A DNA stretch of 38,164 nt from Ignavibacteriota bacterium (GCA_031394795.1 JANNUB010000585.1:1-38164), one strand, 5' to 3'; counted from the first letter of the stretch, positions 18,147-27,099 are shown. The notes: generated from the sequence alone by a model not told the origin. A program made the numbers and translations.

Positions 18147-19135
18147 GTCGCTCGTCTCCATGATTCCGCAAGCCCTGCAAGTTCATCGGCAACTGAAACT
18201 ACGTTCATATTCCGGACGGCGGCAATACAAATTCCGCGGGAAGAGGATACCCGACGCGCCCAGCGTTCAGGAATTACGCCAACACCTTGGGACGCTCCAC
18301 AGATTGCTCCTGCAATGGCAGCAATCGTGTCGGTGTCTCTGCCAACATTGACAGCGCCAAGCACTGTGTCTTCGAACTTCCCTCTTGCTGCAGCAACAAT
18401 ACCGAATGCAAGTCCGACAGCTTCCGGCGCAACATCGGACCAGAAATAATATGAGCACGCAAGGGCAGTATGCAAAGGCTCAAGCGCGTTCCACACGTCG
18501 GGCGCAGACTCGCCAATCTTCACACCTTGCGCAATTGCATTCGCTGTCCATGATTCCTTCGGAAGGACATCCACTGCCGCGTGAAAAATTTTCTCCAGCG
18601 GCGCACCAGTCATTGCAACGGCAACGGCAGCCGCAACCGCCTGACCGCTGAATATTCCCTCACCTGCATGACTCACTGCACCATCCTCGGCAGCGAGATG
18701 GGCAGCCAACTGAGGATCGCCTGTTGCAGCAATCCCGAAGGGAGCGACGCGCATTGCAAGCCCGTCACTCCAACTGTGTAAATGCTGTCCGCTCGCCGGA
18801 GGCTGCATGCCTTCACGGAGATTTCTGATTGCCATCATCTCACTGAAGCCCGCGCCCTTATACGCGTTCGATGCTTTGATAATATCGCTCCGCCAGGCAT
18901 TTGCTACATGCGTAGAATTCAAATCGCGTCCATGAAGAAGCAGTAGCCGGGCGCTGAATAACGCATACTCCGTGTCGTCGCTTCCACCTTGATCATCAGA
19001 AAGGAAATCCGTTACGCGCCCCCAACGTGTTGCGATCTCGTGCGGTGATTTTCCTTCCGTCGGGCTACCGAGCGCATCGCCAACAGCCAGTCCGATGAGC
19101 ACACCACGCGCACGATCCGACAGTGTCATCACCAT
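18143..19135 (-). CDS. ADP-ribosylglycohydrolase family protein (ARH-1)
   Basis: GLAVGDALGSPTEG, GSDDTEY, SDGLAMRVAP, VSH and GRDTDTIAAIAGA motifs. Confidence 0.93.
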   Translation of the reverse strand: MVMTLSDRARGVLIGLAVGDALGSPTEGKSPHEIATRWGRVTDFLSDDQGGSDDTEYALFSARLLLLHGRDLNSTHVANAWRSDIIKASNAYKGAGFSEMMAIRNLREGMQPPASGQHLHSWSDGLAMRVAPFGIAATGDPQLAAHLAAEDGAVSHAGEGIFSGQAVAAAVAVAMTGAPLEKIFHAAVDVLPKESWTANAIAQGVKIGESAPDVWNALEPLHTALACSYYFWSDVAPEAVGLAFGIVAAARGKFEDTVLGAVNVGRDTDTIAAIAGAICGASQGVGVIPERWARRVSSSRGICIAAVRNMNVVSVADELAGLAESWRRAT

Positions 19136-20505
19136 GCCTCCCCGCGCTTCTTGTAACGTGAAAGGACAACATTACTTTCGAGTTCAATCCGTTGCGCTGC
19201 TTCTTCGATACTGAGACGCCCTGCGAACAATTCCTGGAGAACGGGATTTGCAACGCGGCTTTTCCACTCGACGTAACCGGGCGCGCCTAACCATGTGCCT
19301 GTCGAAAGAAATTGAACTGCAGAGCAGGTTATGTCCCAACCGTTCGCACTATCCTGAAACGCGGGCATCGCCAAACATGACTTGCGCGCGGGAATCATCC
19401 AATCATTGAGCGCGAGCCGCGCCATGTTTTTTGAATTGAGCATGAAGCTGATAAACTCCATTGCCTCTTTCACTCGTTTTGATTTTTTGGGGATGCTTAA
19501 CGTCTGCGCGCTCACACCGGAGAACTGTGTTGTTGCTTTGAGAGGCGGCATTACTCCCCATCTGAAATGCGTCGGAGCGTTTTCAACAAGCTGTTGCCGT
19601 CCCCACGCGCCGATGCCAATCAGCATAGCGTATCGTCCGCTGAAGAAGCCGGGAATCATTCCTGCACCGGTTTGCCCAATGCTCGAGGGTGACATAGATT
19701 TGTCGGCGTAGAGCATATCGACAATTGTTCCTAAGAGTTTCTTTTCCGGCTCTCCAACCTTCACAACAAAATGGTCTCCTTCCTTGCGGAAAAACGATCC
19801 ACCAAAACTAATCGAAGTGTTCATGATAATGTTGGCGGAATTGCGAAGACCGATGCCGGCTCCGTATTGATCAACAACGCCGTCGCTATTGAGATCTTTT
19901 GTCAACGTACGCGCAGCGTTGCGCACGTCATCCCAGGTCCACGGATGTTCGGTTGTTGGTCGACGACTCCCGACGGGTCGGCCTACGGCATCGTAGAGGG
20001 TCATCGACGACTCGTTGAGCGGCGCGATTCCCTCCCGCTCGAAAAGCGCTTTGTTGTAAAGCACCACCAGAGATTCGATCAGAAACGGAACGCCACCGAC
20101 TTCACCGTTCGGTCGTGTTACGGTTGCCCACGCAACATCAAGAATGTCATTTTTCATCTCCGGCTGAATGTACGGCGAAAGATCAGTAAGATAGCCGCGC
20201 ATCGCGTAGTCAATTATCACCGACGATTCATAGTGGAACACGTCGGGAACGTCGCCGGTCTCGAACGATGTAATCAGGTAGTCATGGACTGAATTCCATG
20301 TCCCCTGAATATATTCTACCTGAAGATTCGGATGAGCAGCATTCCATTCGTTCACAATTGATTTGTTGGTGGCAATCGCCTGTTCCTGCCACGCAAGGCT
20401 GACAAAGCGAAGATGGTCCGGGTCAGTCGCAGTATCATAGTGAAGACTCCAGTAGCCAACGACTGCAACCAAAACCAACACACCAATTACGATGTATTTC
20501 GTCAT
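19129..20505 (-). CDS. Carbohydrate ABC transporter solute-binding protein
   Basis: N-terminal hydrophobic anchor; EWNAAHPNLQVEY, GDVPDVF, LTDLSPY, LYNKALF and WTWDD motifs; follows two permeases. Confidence 0.88.
   Translation of the reverse strand: MTKYIVIGVLVLVAVVGYWSLHYDTATDPDHLRFVSLAWQEQAIATNKSIVNEWNAAHPNLQVEYIQGTWNSVHDYLITSFETGDVPDVFHYESSVIIDYAMRGYLTDLSPYIQPEMKNDILDVAWATVTRPNGEVGGVPFLIESLVVLYNKALFEREGIAPLNESSMTLYDAVGRPVGSRRPTTEHPWTWDDVRNAARTLTKDLNSDGVVDQYGAGIGLRNSANIIMNTSISFGGSFFRKEGDHFVVKVGEPEKKLLGTIVDMLYADKSMSPSSIGQTGAGMIPGFFSGRYAMLIGIGAWGRQQLVENAPTHFRWGVMPPLKATTQFSGVSAQTLSIPKKSKRVKEAMEFISFMLNSKNMARLALNDWMIPARKSCLAMPAFQDSANGWDITCSAVQFLSTGTWLGAPGYVEWKSRVANPVLQELFAGRLSIEEAAQRIELESNVVLSRYKKRGEAW
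19960..20019. repeat. In-frame 60-bp REP-like insertion inside the solute-binding protein gene
   Basis: Encodes LNESSMTLYDAVGRPVGSRR between GIAP and PTTEHPWTW. It has a TCGACGACTC direct repeat (19960, 20004), a CTACG/CGTAG hairpin and similarity to 5554-5608. Confidence 0.6.
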
Positions 20506-21338
20506 CCCTTCATCGCTCCTGACACTAAACCTTCAGTGAACCATTTCCGCAAGAAGCCAAACAGTATGACAGATGGAATTGTTGCAATCACACTCGCCGC
20601 TGCGAGAGGTCCCGTGCGCGCCTGTCCTTCCATTCCCGTGTACCGCGCCAACTCTACTTGCAACGTCACTAACTCAGGACTTTTCATGAGCACGAGAGCA
20701 AAGAAAAATTCATTCCATGCAGAAACAAATGCAAACAACGCTGACGCGCCAATTGCGGGAAGAAGCAATGGCATGATGACAAGGTAAATAACCTGTAACC
20801 GTGAAGCGCCGTCGATAGACGCAGCCTCTTCAAGTTCAATAGGAATGCTCTTGATATATCCATGCAACATCCATAAGACAAACGGCAACGCCCATACAAC
20901 ATAGACCAGTGTCAGTCCGGTGAGCGAATCAGTGAGTCCCATCCGCCGAAGCAAAACATACAACGGGATCATTATCAGAATCACAGGAAAGATTTGCGAT
21001 GTGAGAATCCATCCCAACATGACATTGTTCGCCGCGGACTTGTATCGCACAAGCGCGTATGCCGAGGGCACAGCGAGCACTATGACAATAATCGTCGAGA
21101 CGATTCCGACAACTACACTGTTCCACATACTCCGAAGAACGCGTTGCTCGCCGAGAACAGACGTGTAATGGTTCAGAGTCAGAGTCTGTGGCAGAATCGT
21201 GGGCGCCCCGGAATATATTTCCTGCGTAGGCTTCATCGAACTTGACACCACCCAGAACAATGGAAATAAGAGAAAGATGAGGTACACGATGATCAAGCTG
21301 TGAATTACTATTTTCACAAATCCTTTGTTCTCTTTCAT
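20502..21338 (-). CDS. Carbohydrate ABC transporter permease (MalG-like)
   Basis: SIPIELEEAASIDGAS (EAA loop), FVSAWNEFFFA and GLVSGAMKG motifs. Confidence 0.94.
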   Translation of the reverse strand: MKENKGFVKIVIHSLIIVYLIFLLFPLFWVVSSSMKPTQEIYSGAPTILPQTLTLNHYTSVLGEQRVLRSMWNSVVVGIVSTIIVIVLAVPSAYALVRYKSAANNVMLGWILTSQIFPVILIMIPLYVLLRRMGLTDSLTGLTLVYVVWALPFVLWMLHGYIKSIPIELEEAASIDGASRLQVIYLVIMPLLLPAIGASALFAFVSAWNEFFFALVLMKSPELVTLQVELARYTGMEGQARTGPLAAASVIATIPSVILFGFLRKWFTEGLVSGAMKG

Positions 21339-22264
21339 GCCGTAGTTCTCTCGCGAAGTTGAACACGAATATACATGAAGAGCACGATGGAAAGAACCAC
21401 CACCATGACATTGCCAATTGCCGCAGCATAACCAACATAACCATACCGGAATGCTTCTTCATACGCAGCAAGCATCGGGAGACGAGTCATCCCTCCGGGA
21501 CCGCCCTGCGTGAGAACCCAGACAAGACCAAACGTGTTGAAATTCCACATGAACGACAAGGACACAATTGCCGCCATGACGGGCTTCAGGGTCGGAAGTG
21601 TAATGTGCCAAAATTCTTCCCACCGCCCTGCGCCGTCGAGACGTGCCGCCTCGTACAAATCATTCGAGATTGATTGTAAGCCTGCAAGTAGAAAGACCGC
21701 AGCCTTGGATATCTCGCCCCAAACTCCGGCGATGACGACCGCGGGAAGAACATGCTCGAAACTTGAAAGCCAGTTTATGGGCGCGGAAATCAGCCCAACA
21801 TCCATAAGCATGATATTCAACGCGCCCGCGTCAGGATCGTAGATTTGCCGCCAGACTATGCCGCGAATAATTGGCGGCGTAGCCCACGGTATCAGCATGA
21901 CAATCGTGTAGAAGGATGTAAAACGGATTTTCGTGTTCAACAACAGAGCAAGTCCCAAACCGAGAAGCACCTGAAGCGCCGTCACAACAAGCGTCCACAT
22001 AATTCCGACTCTGAACGAATACCAGAAGTACTCATCCTTGAACAACTGGACATAATTGTCCAACCCATTGAACGTAATCGGATCGCCGAGGCGGTAATCG
22101 GTGAAGCCCAGATAAATCCCGCGCAGCAACGGGATGAGAGAGAAAAATCCCACAAGCAGAAACACCGGCAAGAGAAGCGCTACCTGTCCCTGTTTGTTGC
22201 GCTGAACCAGATTTTGTTTAGAGGATTTGTTCACCGTTGATTCGTGCATGAGGTTCTCACTCAC
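21335..22264 (-). CDS. Carbohydrate ABC transporter permease (MalF-like)
   Basis: GLDNY, LAGLQSISNDLYEAARLDGA, HITLPTLKP and LTQGGPG motifs. Confidence 0.94.
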   Translation of the reverse strand: MSENLMHESTVNKSSKQNLVQRNKQGQVALLLPVFLLVGFFSLIPLLRGIYLGFTDYRLGDPITFNGLDNYVQLFKDEYFWYSFRVGIMWTLVVTALQVLLGLGLALLLNTKIRFTSFYTIVMLIPWATPPIIRGIVWRQIYDPDAGALNIMLMDVGLISAPINWLSSFEHVLPAVVIAGVWGEISKAAVFLLAGLQSISNDLYEAARLDGAGRWEEFWHITLPTLKPVMAAIVSLSFMWNFNTFGLVWVLTQGGPGGMTRLPMLAAYEEAFRYGYVGYAAAIGNVMVVVLSIVLFMYIRVQLRERTTA

Positions 22265-24872
22265 GCCTGAACGGTGCAGTGCACGCTTCTATCAGTCGCT
22301 TTTCAAATTCTTCCTGATTTCCGCTGACCTTATTTCTTGCAGAAACAATGATCAGATCATTCTTTGGATCAACGCGAAACACTGCGCCCGACGCAGCAGC
22401 ATGCCCGAACGCTTCGCCGCTGAGTCCATGCCCTTCCATCGGAGATGTTCCGATGCCCCACCGACGATCGATGCCCGCAAGTTTCGCCGGAAGAAACTGA
22501 CGATAGGAATCTTCTGAAAAGAATCTGTATCCGTTAAGGGTTCCACGATTCAACAGCATCTGCCCGAGTCGTGCGAGATCGGCGGCAGTGCAATACAATC
22601 CGCCATAAGTGTTGTCGGCGTACGCAGATTTCATTCCAAGGGGAGTGAAGAGATAATCCTGAAACAAATACGGCACGGCGCGACCTGTTATCCGTTCCAT
22701 GATCTTTCCTGCAATCGCATAGCCTGCTCGATGATATGAAAACTTCTCTCCGACTTTTAAGAAGGGAAGAACTTGTGCAACCTGGTTTTCGAGCGCAGAA
22801 TTCCAATCCGAAGCCCACTCTCCCGCCCAACCGTCCAGCCCCGTTGTGTGGGTAAACAAGTGCCGGACTTTCAGTTTGCTTTCTACCGCCGACGATAATT
22901 CGGGGAGATATTTTTCAATGGGCGCACCAAGTTCAACAAGTCCTTGATCAACAAACTGCATCATCAACACGCCAGTGAGAAGCTTGGTGATTGATGCCAT
23001 CCAAAACGGCGAATCAATAGCAACTTCAAATTCGTCCACTTTGGTGTTGAACGCCTCATGAAAGACAATTCGTCCTTTGTAAGCAATCAGTGCTACGTGT
23101 GGCTCTGCAGCATCGCTTGCCCAAGCACGGCAGACATTCCGAATTTGTTTAAGATATGTTTGATTGAAGGGAGATGTCGAAACAGGATTCTCTTCAAGAA
23201 GAAGGCTTGTTTCATTTTCTTTCTTCGGCAACGAAAGTGGAACTGCGCCTTTTCCATAAATAGGCTGTTTGAAAGTAATCCACCATTGACGGTCCCTCAG
23301 TCGAGGCGTGTCCGTCCGACTCGCAACAGAATCAATCTCTGAGAGACCGGCAAGAAACACTGCTGCATCTGCTTCGTGCCTTGGAAACATTTTCATTGTG
23401 CCAAAAGCAAAACGGTTTTCGCTCCGTTCGTACAGTCGCCATTGTGCTTCGCTGATGCCATAGTCTTTTAACCGATTAAACTTGAGAGGAATGTTCTCAC
23501 TGTAGTCATCGAATTCAACGGGCGAGCAGTAGAGCGTAATAAAGCGTCTCATCGTGAAGCCCGAAGGTAGAACGCCTTCGACTACAGCGGCGTATCGCCC
23601 CGTCTTCTCGGCGCGCGTAACCTGTCGCATGTTCTTATCATAGTACGCTAGCTTCAGTGAAAATTTTCCCATCTCATTATCAACCATCGCGGGCCGCTTC
23701 CATCGGACTTCGGGAAATTCGCCGGGCGGAAACACGTAACGGTCGCATTCCAATTGCTCCTCAAGAAATGCTCGCAGCCTCCGTCGGTTGATTTGATCCC
23801 AATGAATCGCGTCAACGTTTTTGCCTGCGACTTGGATTGATGTAATCTGATCGTTGGATGGTTGGAGATGACGGGGAATGAGAACAGAGGTCTTTGCAAT
23901 AATTCCATCCGGGCGAAGCCGCTCTTCCGCAATCACCTTGCCTGATGACAGAACTCGTACGATGGATCCGGCATCTCTTCTTCTGCCGCAAAGCGTAAGT
24001 GACGCCTCTCCAAAATTCCACAACTCAACATGAGAAAAGAAATCGCGGCGTTCCTTCCTCTGAAGAAACTGAATCGCATCTCTGTAAGCAAACAACCTGA
24101 ACCAAACTTCAGTATTCGATTTTCTTCCACGGACGCGAACAGTAAGCGGTTTGTTCGGCGTTATCCTTGAACGAGGAACCGTCAGCGCCATATAGCCAAG
24201 ATTTGCGCCGTTCGAGTTTCTTGCCGCGGTAACGAATGCAAGGCTGCCCCCTTTGCCGGAGACAGTCCATGAACTGTTGTTCGGTGTTGAGAAGGAGAGT
24301 GCGAACGAGTTGTCGATCTCAAGATCGAACCACTCGTTGCCGAGATTATTTCCGAAGCCGCAGACCCAAAGAAACGACGCCGAATCACCTTTCCACGATA
24401 ACGGAACGGTTGCCGTCTGCCACTCGATCATCGCCTCGCCGCCGGATGTCCGTGCAACAAAAGCTGAATCGCGTCGGGGGCCGCTTCGGTGCGATGAATA
24501 GGGAGAAAACGAACCGGAGAGAATCGAATCGTACCCTTCAAACCAATTGTCCGGTTCAGATTCGATTGTGAAATGCAGTCTGGCAATAGACTCAATATCT
24601 ACTTGTCCGAATCCGACAGAGCACATCAACATCATCGCGGATGCACGCAAGATTCTGATGAGAGTAGAGTTGAGGTTACGGAGAAGCGCAGTTGAAAAGC
24701 CTGAACCGCAGAGAACGCAGAGGTCGCAGAGAAAGGAAGTTTTGTTTTTGTTCGTAATTCCAATTCTTTTCTCTGCGCTCTCGGCGGTCTCTGCGGTTAA
24801 ATTCTTTGTTTGATGGGTTTTCAACCGTGCTTCTATGATGGCGAGATGCCGCTTTTTGTTTTTCTCAATCAT
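22257..24872 (-). CDS. Multidomain serine hydrolase: uncharacterised N-terminal region + class C beta-lactamase/esterase VIII-like domain
   Basis: FWMASITK (SxxK), RHLFTHTTGL, FSYHRAGY, ADLARLGQMLLNRG and FGHAAASG motifs. Start placed at the ATG (24872) overlapping the upstream TGA; the 5' region contains a repeat element, so the start is uncertain. Confidence 0.75.
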   Translation of the reverse strand: MIEKNKKRHLAIIEARLKTHQTKNLTAETAESAEKRIGITNKNKTSFLCDLCVLCGSGFSTALLRNLNSTLIRILRASAMMLMCSVGFGQVDIESIARLHFTIESEPDNWFEGYDSILSGSFSPYSSHRSGPRRDSAFVARTSGGEAMIEWQTATVPLSWKGDSASFLWVCGFGNNLGNEWFDLEIDNSFALSFSTPNNSSWTVSGKGGSLAFVTAARNSNGANLGYMALTVPRSRITPNKPLTVRVRGRKSNTEVWFRLFAYRDAIQFLQRKERRDFFSHVELWNFGEASLTLCGRRRDAGSIVRVLSSGKVIAEERLRPDGIIAKTSVLIPRHLQPSNDQITSIQVAGKNVDAIHWDQINRRRLRAFLEEQLECDRYVFPPGEFPEVRWKRPAMVDNEMGKFSLKLAYYDKNMRQVTRAEKTGRYAAVVEGVLPSGFTMRRFITLYCSPVEFDDYSENIPLKFNRLKDYGISEAQWRLYERSENRFAFGTMKMFPRHEADAAVFLAGLSEIDSVASRTDTPRLRDRQWWITFKQPIYGKGAVPLSLPKKENETSLLLEENPVSTSPFNQTYLKQIRNVCRAWASDAAEPHVALIAYKGRIVFHEAFNTKVDEFEVAIDSPFWMASITKLLTGVLMMQFVDQGLVELGAPIEKYLPELSSAVESKLKVRHLFTHTTGLDGWAGEWASDWNSALENQVAQVLPFLKVGEKFSYHRAGYAIAGKIMERITGRAVPYLFQDYLFTPLGMKSAYADNTYGGLYCTAADLARLGQMLLNRGTLNGYRFFSEDSYRQFLPAKLAGIDRRWGIGTSPMEGHGLSGEAFGHAAASGAVFRVDPKNDLIIVSARNKVSGNQEEFEKRLIEACTAPFRRE
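24682..24834. mobile_element. MITE-like palindromic element (153 bp), in frame within the 5' end of the serine hydrolase gene
   Basis: Imperfect terminal inverted repeat AGAAGCGCAGTTGAAAA / TTTTCAACCGTGCTTCT. Inner arms are built from CGCAGAG 9-nt-period repeats. A related copy lies at 32157-32517. Confidence 0.72.
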
Positions 24873-26563
24873 CTTGTATGCGACAGAAGCCAATCATAGA
24901 TAGCAGGATTATTGTACGTTCTCGTCCAGGAGTCGTGGTAAAGATCCGGATAGATAGTAAACGTTGGATTTCCGCCGCACGCTATCAAAGCCGTGATAAC
25001 ACTTTGTGCTCTATTGAGAGTAATAATTGGATCTACAGCACCATGAAATGCCCACATCGGAATATTGGTTAGAGCGCAAACATTCCAACCGGGTTCGATA
25101 CGAAATGCAATCGGGATTATCGCCGCGAAGCGTTGCGGGTAACGGATTGCCAAATCCAATGTTCCAATTCCGCCCATGCTTAATCCTGTTAGGTAAATAC
25201 GATTTGTATCTACGGAATATCGCGCAATGACACTATCAATCAACTTGTTCAACAATACCTGGATTCCATCATTGTAGTACCATTCCGTAGTCGAAGGACA
25301 TTGTGGAGAAACAACGATGAACGGGAAAGAATTGTATCCATCCAGAATTTTCGGCAGACCTTCACCTTTCACTCGCCACAGTTCGCTCCCGCGCTCACCA
25401 ATTCCATGCAATGTTATGATGAGGGGAAATTTCCCGGCAATCACCGCCGACGTATCCCGCGGCCTAAAAAGCAAATAGTTGAGCGATGATGGATCATAAA
25501 CTTCTTGTTGGACTATCGGCGTCTCGGTAAAGTTCGGCTGGCCCAATACAAAATCTGCATTCGCTCCGTTCGCCTTCGCTGCCGCATTGTTAAAAATCAT
25601 TATACGGTTGTTTGACTCATCAGTAAGATACAATCTGCCGGCTGCATCACCAAACACTCCCCGCAGATTACTCACTCCGTTTTGTGTTGTGTTTGTCGCG
25701 TTAGAAGTAAAGTCCGGTTGCCCCAACACTCCATCAGCCGCCGCTCCGTTCGGTTTTGCCGCCGCGTTGTCAAACCGAATCGCGCGATTATTATCATCTT
25801 CACAAACCCACAAACGGCCCGCCACGTCTGCATACACGCCCATCGGTCTGTTCATTTTTGTTGATGAGAGACCGCTTGTCCCAGTTGTAAAATTAGATTG
25901 TCCCAATACTCCGTCTGCGTTCGCTCCATTCGTTTTCGCTGCCGCATTATCAAACCGTAATACGCGATGATTGAGTCTGTCTGCTACCCACAAGCGACCT
26001 GCTGCATCAACAAAAACCCCAACTGCTCCATTCATCGTGCCGGCTGTTGTGCCGCTGCTTCTCGTTGTAAAATCCGGTTGTCCTAACACACCATCGGCGG
26101 CTGATCCTGTTGCCTTCGTTGATGCGTTGTCAAATCGTAATACACGGTTGTTGGCGTAATCGCCGACCCATAACCGTCCCGCGGCATCCACATAGGCTCT
26201 GAGCGGATCATTGAACTTTGTTGAAGAGATGCCGCTTGAGCCTGTTACAAAATTAGGCTGACCAAGCACTGCTTCGGCTGCAGATCCGTTCGTCATTTTG
26301 GCGGCTGAACTCCAGCGCAGAACTCGGTTGTTGTACCGATCAACAACAAACAGTTTTCCCGTTGTAGAATCAATTGCCACTCCGGATGGAGCCTGCAACG
26401 TGCTTGATGTTGTTCCAAATGTGTTTGTTGAAAAATCCGGCTGACCTAATACACCGCTCGCGGGCATGTTGTTTGACAGAGGGAGTTGGGCATAGGCTGA
26501 CCCCGACAGTAAGAGCAGTAGCGTACATTGCACCGCTTTGTGTTTTATGACCGTCATCCTCAT
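24869..26563 (-). CDS. Secreted protein: five NHL repeats fused to a C-terminal alpha/beta-hydrolase (esterase/peptidase-like)
   Basis: Signal peptide ending AYA|Q; five G(K/R)L(W/F/Y)xxD/E..NxR repeats with VLGQPDF linkers; LHGIGERG, TGLSMGG, FHGAVD and HDSW motifs; no T9SS C-terminal domain. Confidence 0.85.
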   Translation of the reverse strand: MRMTVIKHKAVQCTLLLLLSGSAYAQLPLSNNMPASGVLGQPDFSTNTFGTTSSTLQAPSGVAIDSTTGKLFVVDRYNNRVLRWSSAAKMTNGSAAEAVLGQPNFVTGSSGISSTKFNDPLRAYVDAAGRLWVGDYANNRVLRFDNASTKATGSAADGVLGQPDFTTRSSGTTAGTMNGAVGVFVDAAGRLWVADRLNHRVLRFDNAAAKTNGANADGVLGQSNFTTGTSGLSSTKMNRPMGVYADVAGRLWVCEDDNNRAIRFDNAAAKPNGAAADGVLGQPDFTSNATNTTQNGVSNLRGVFGDAAGRLYLTDESNNRIMIFNNAAAKANGANADFVLGQPNFTETPIVQQEVYDPSSLNYLLFRPRDTSAVIAGKFPLIITLHGIGERGSELWRVKGEGLPKILDGYNSFPFIVVSPQCPSTTEWYYNDGIQVLLNKLIDSVIARYSVDTNRIYLTGLSMGGIGTLDLAIRYPQRFAAIIPIAFRIEPGWNVCALTNIPMWAFHGAVDPIITLNRAQSVITALIACGGNPTFTIYPDLYHDSWTRTYNNPAIYDWLLSHTR

Positions 26564-27099
26564 TTCAACAAACCCATCTTCCTCACTTCGTTCCTGTTTG
26601 CAGAGCGGAGTGTGTAGAAGTAAATTCCGCTTGGAAGATCCCTCGCGTCAAATGAAAGTGAATACAGTTCGTTTGCTGCTGCCACTCGGTTAAAAAGCGT
26701 CGCCACCTGCTGACCAAGCAAATCATATACTGCTACTGTTGCATGCTCGGTGTTCCGCATTGCAAATGTGATTGTTGTGCTCGGGTTAAACGGATTGGGA
26801 TAGTTCTGAGCAAGTTTGTACTGTTCCGCTCTTAACGGAGCATCTGCCTCGGATACACTCGTGAGCGACGAAACATCAAACCGCATCACACGGTTATGGT
26901 CAAAGTCTGCGACCCAGATATTTCCACTATGAGAATCTACAAAGAGAGATTGGGGATACGCGAGATTACGCGCTGTAGGAGGACTTGCTACTCTTTTGAC
27001 CGCAGGAAGATCGCTTGACAAAGAGCGTTGAGCATATGAGGACAAACTTGTTGTTATCAACAAAAGGAGCAGAGTGAATTGCATCTTGTTGTGGGTCAT
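26560..27099 (-). CDS. Small secreted protein: one NHL blade + T9SS type A C-terminal domain
   Basis: Start MTHNKMQF (ATG 27099); signal peptide ending SYA|Q; single repeat YPQSLFVDSHSGNIWVADFDHNRVMRF; LAQNYPNPFNP...LPSGIYFY...KMGLLK. Confidence 0.75.
   Translation of the reverse strand: MTHNKMQFTLLLLLITTSLSSYAQRSLSSDLPAVKRVASPPTARNLAYPQSLFVDSHSGNIWVADFDHNRVMRFDVSSLTSVSEADAPLRAEQYKLAQNYPNPFNPSTTITFAMRNTEHATVAVYDLLGQQVATLFNRVAAANELYSLSFDARDLPSGIYFYTLRSANRNEVRKMGLLK

Noticed and set aside
14752-19135. ARHs as DraG nitrogenase regulators or as toxin-immunity genes
   Set aside because: No draT, nif or ADP-ribosyltransferase toxin gene is in the window; the context is transport and catabolism.
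24700-24740. CDLCVLCG as a metal-binding motif
   Set aside because: It is the translation of the CTCTGCG repeat arm of the palindromic element.
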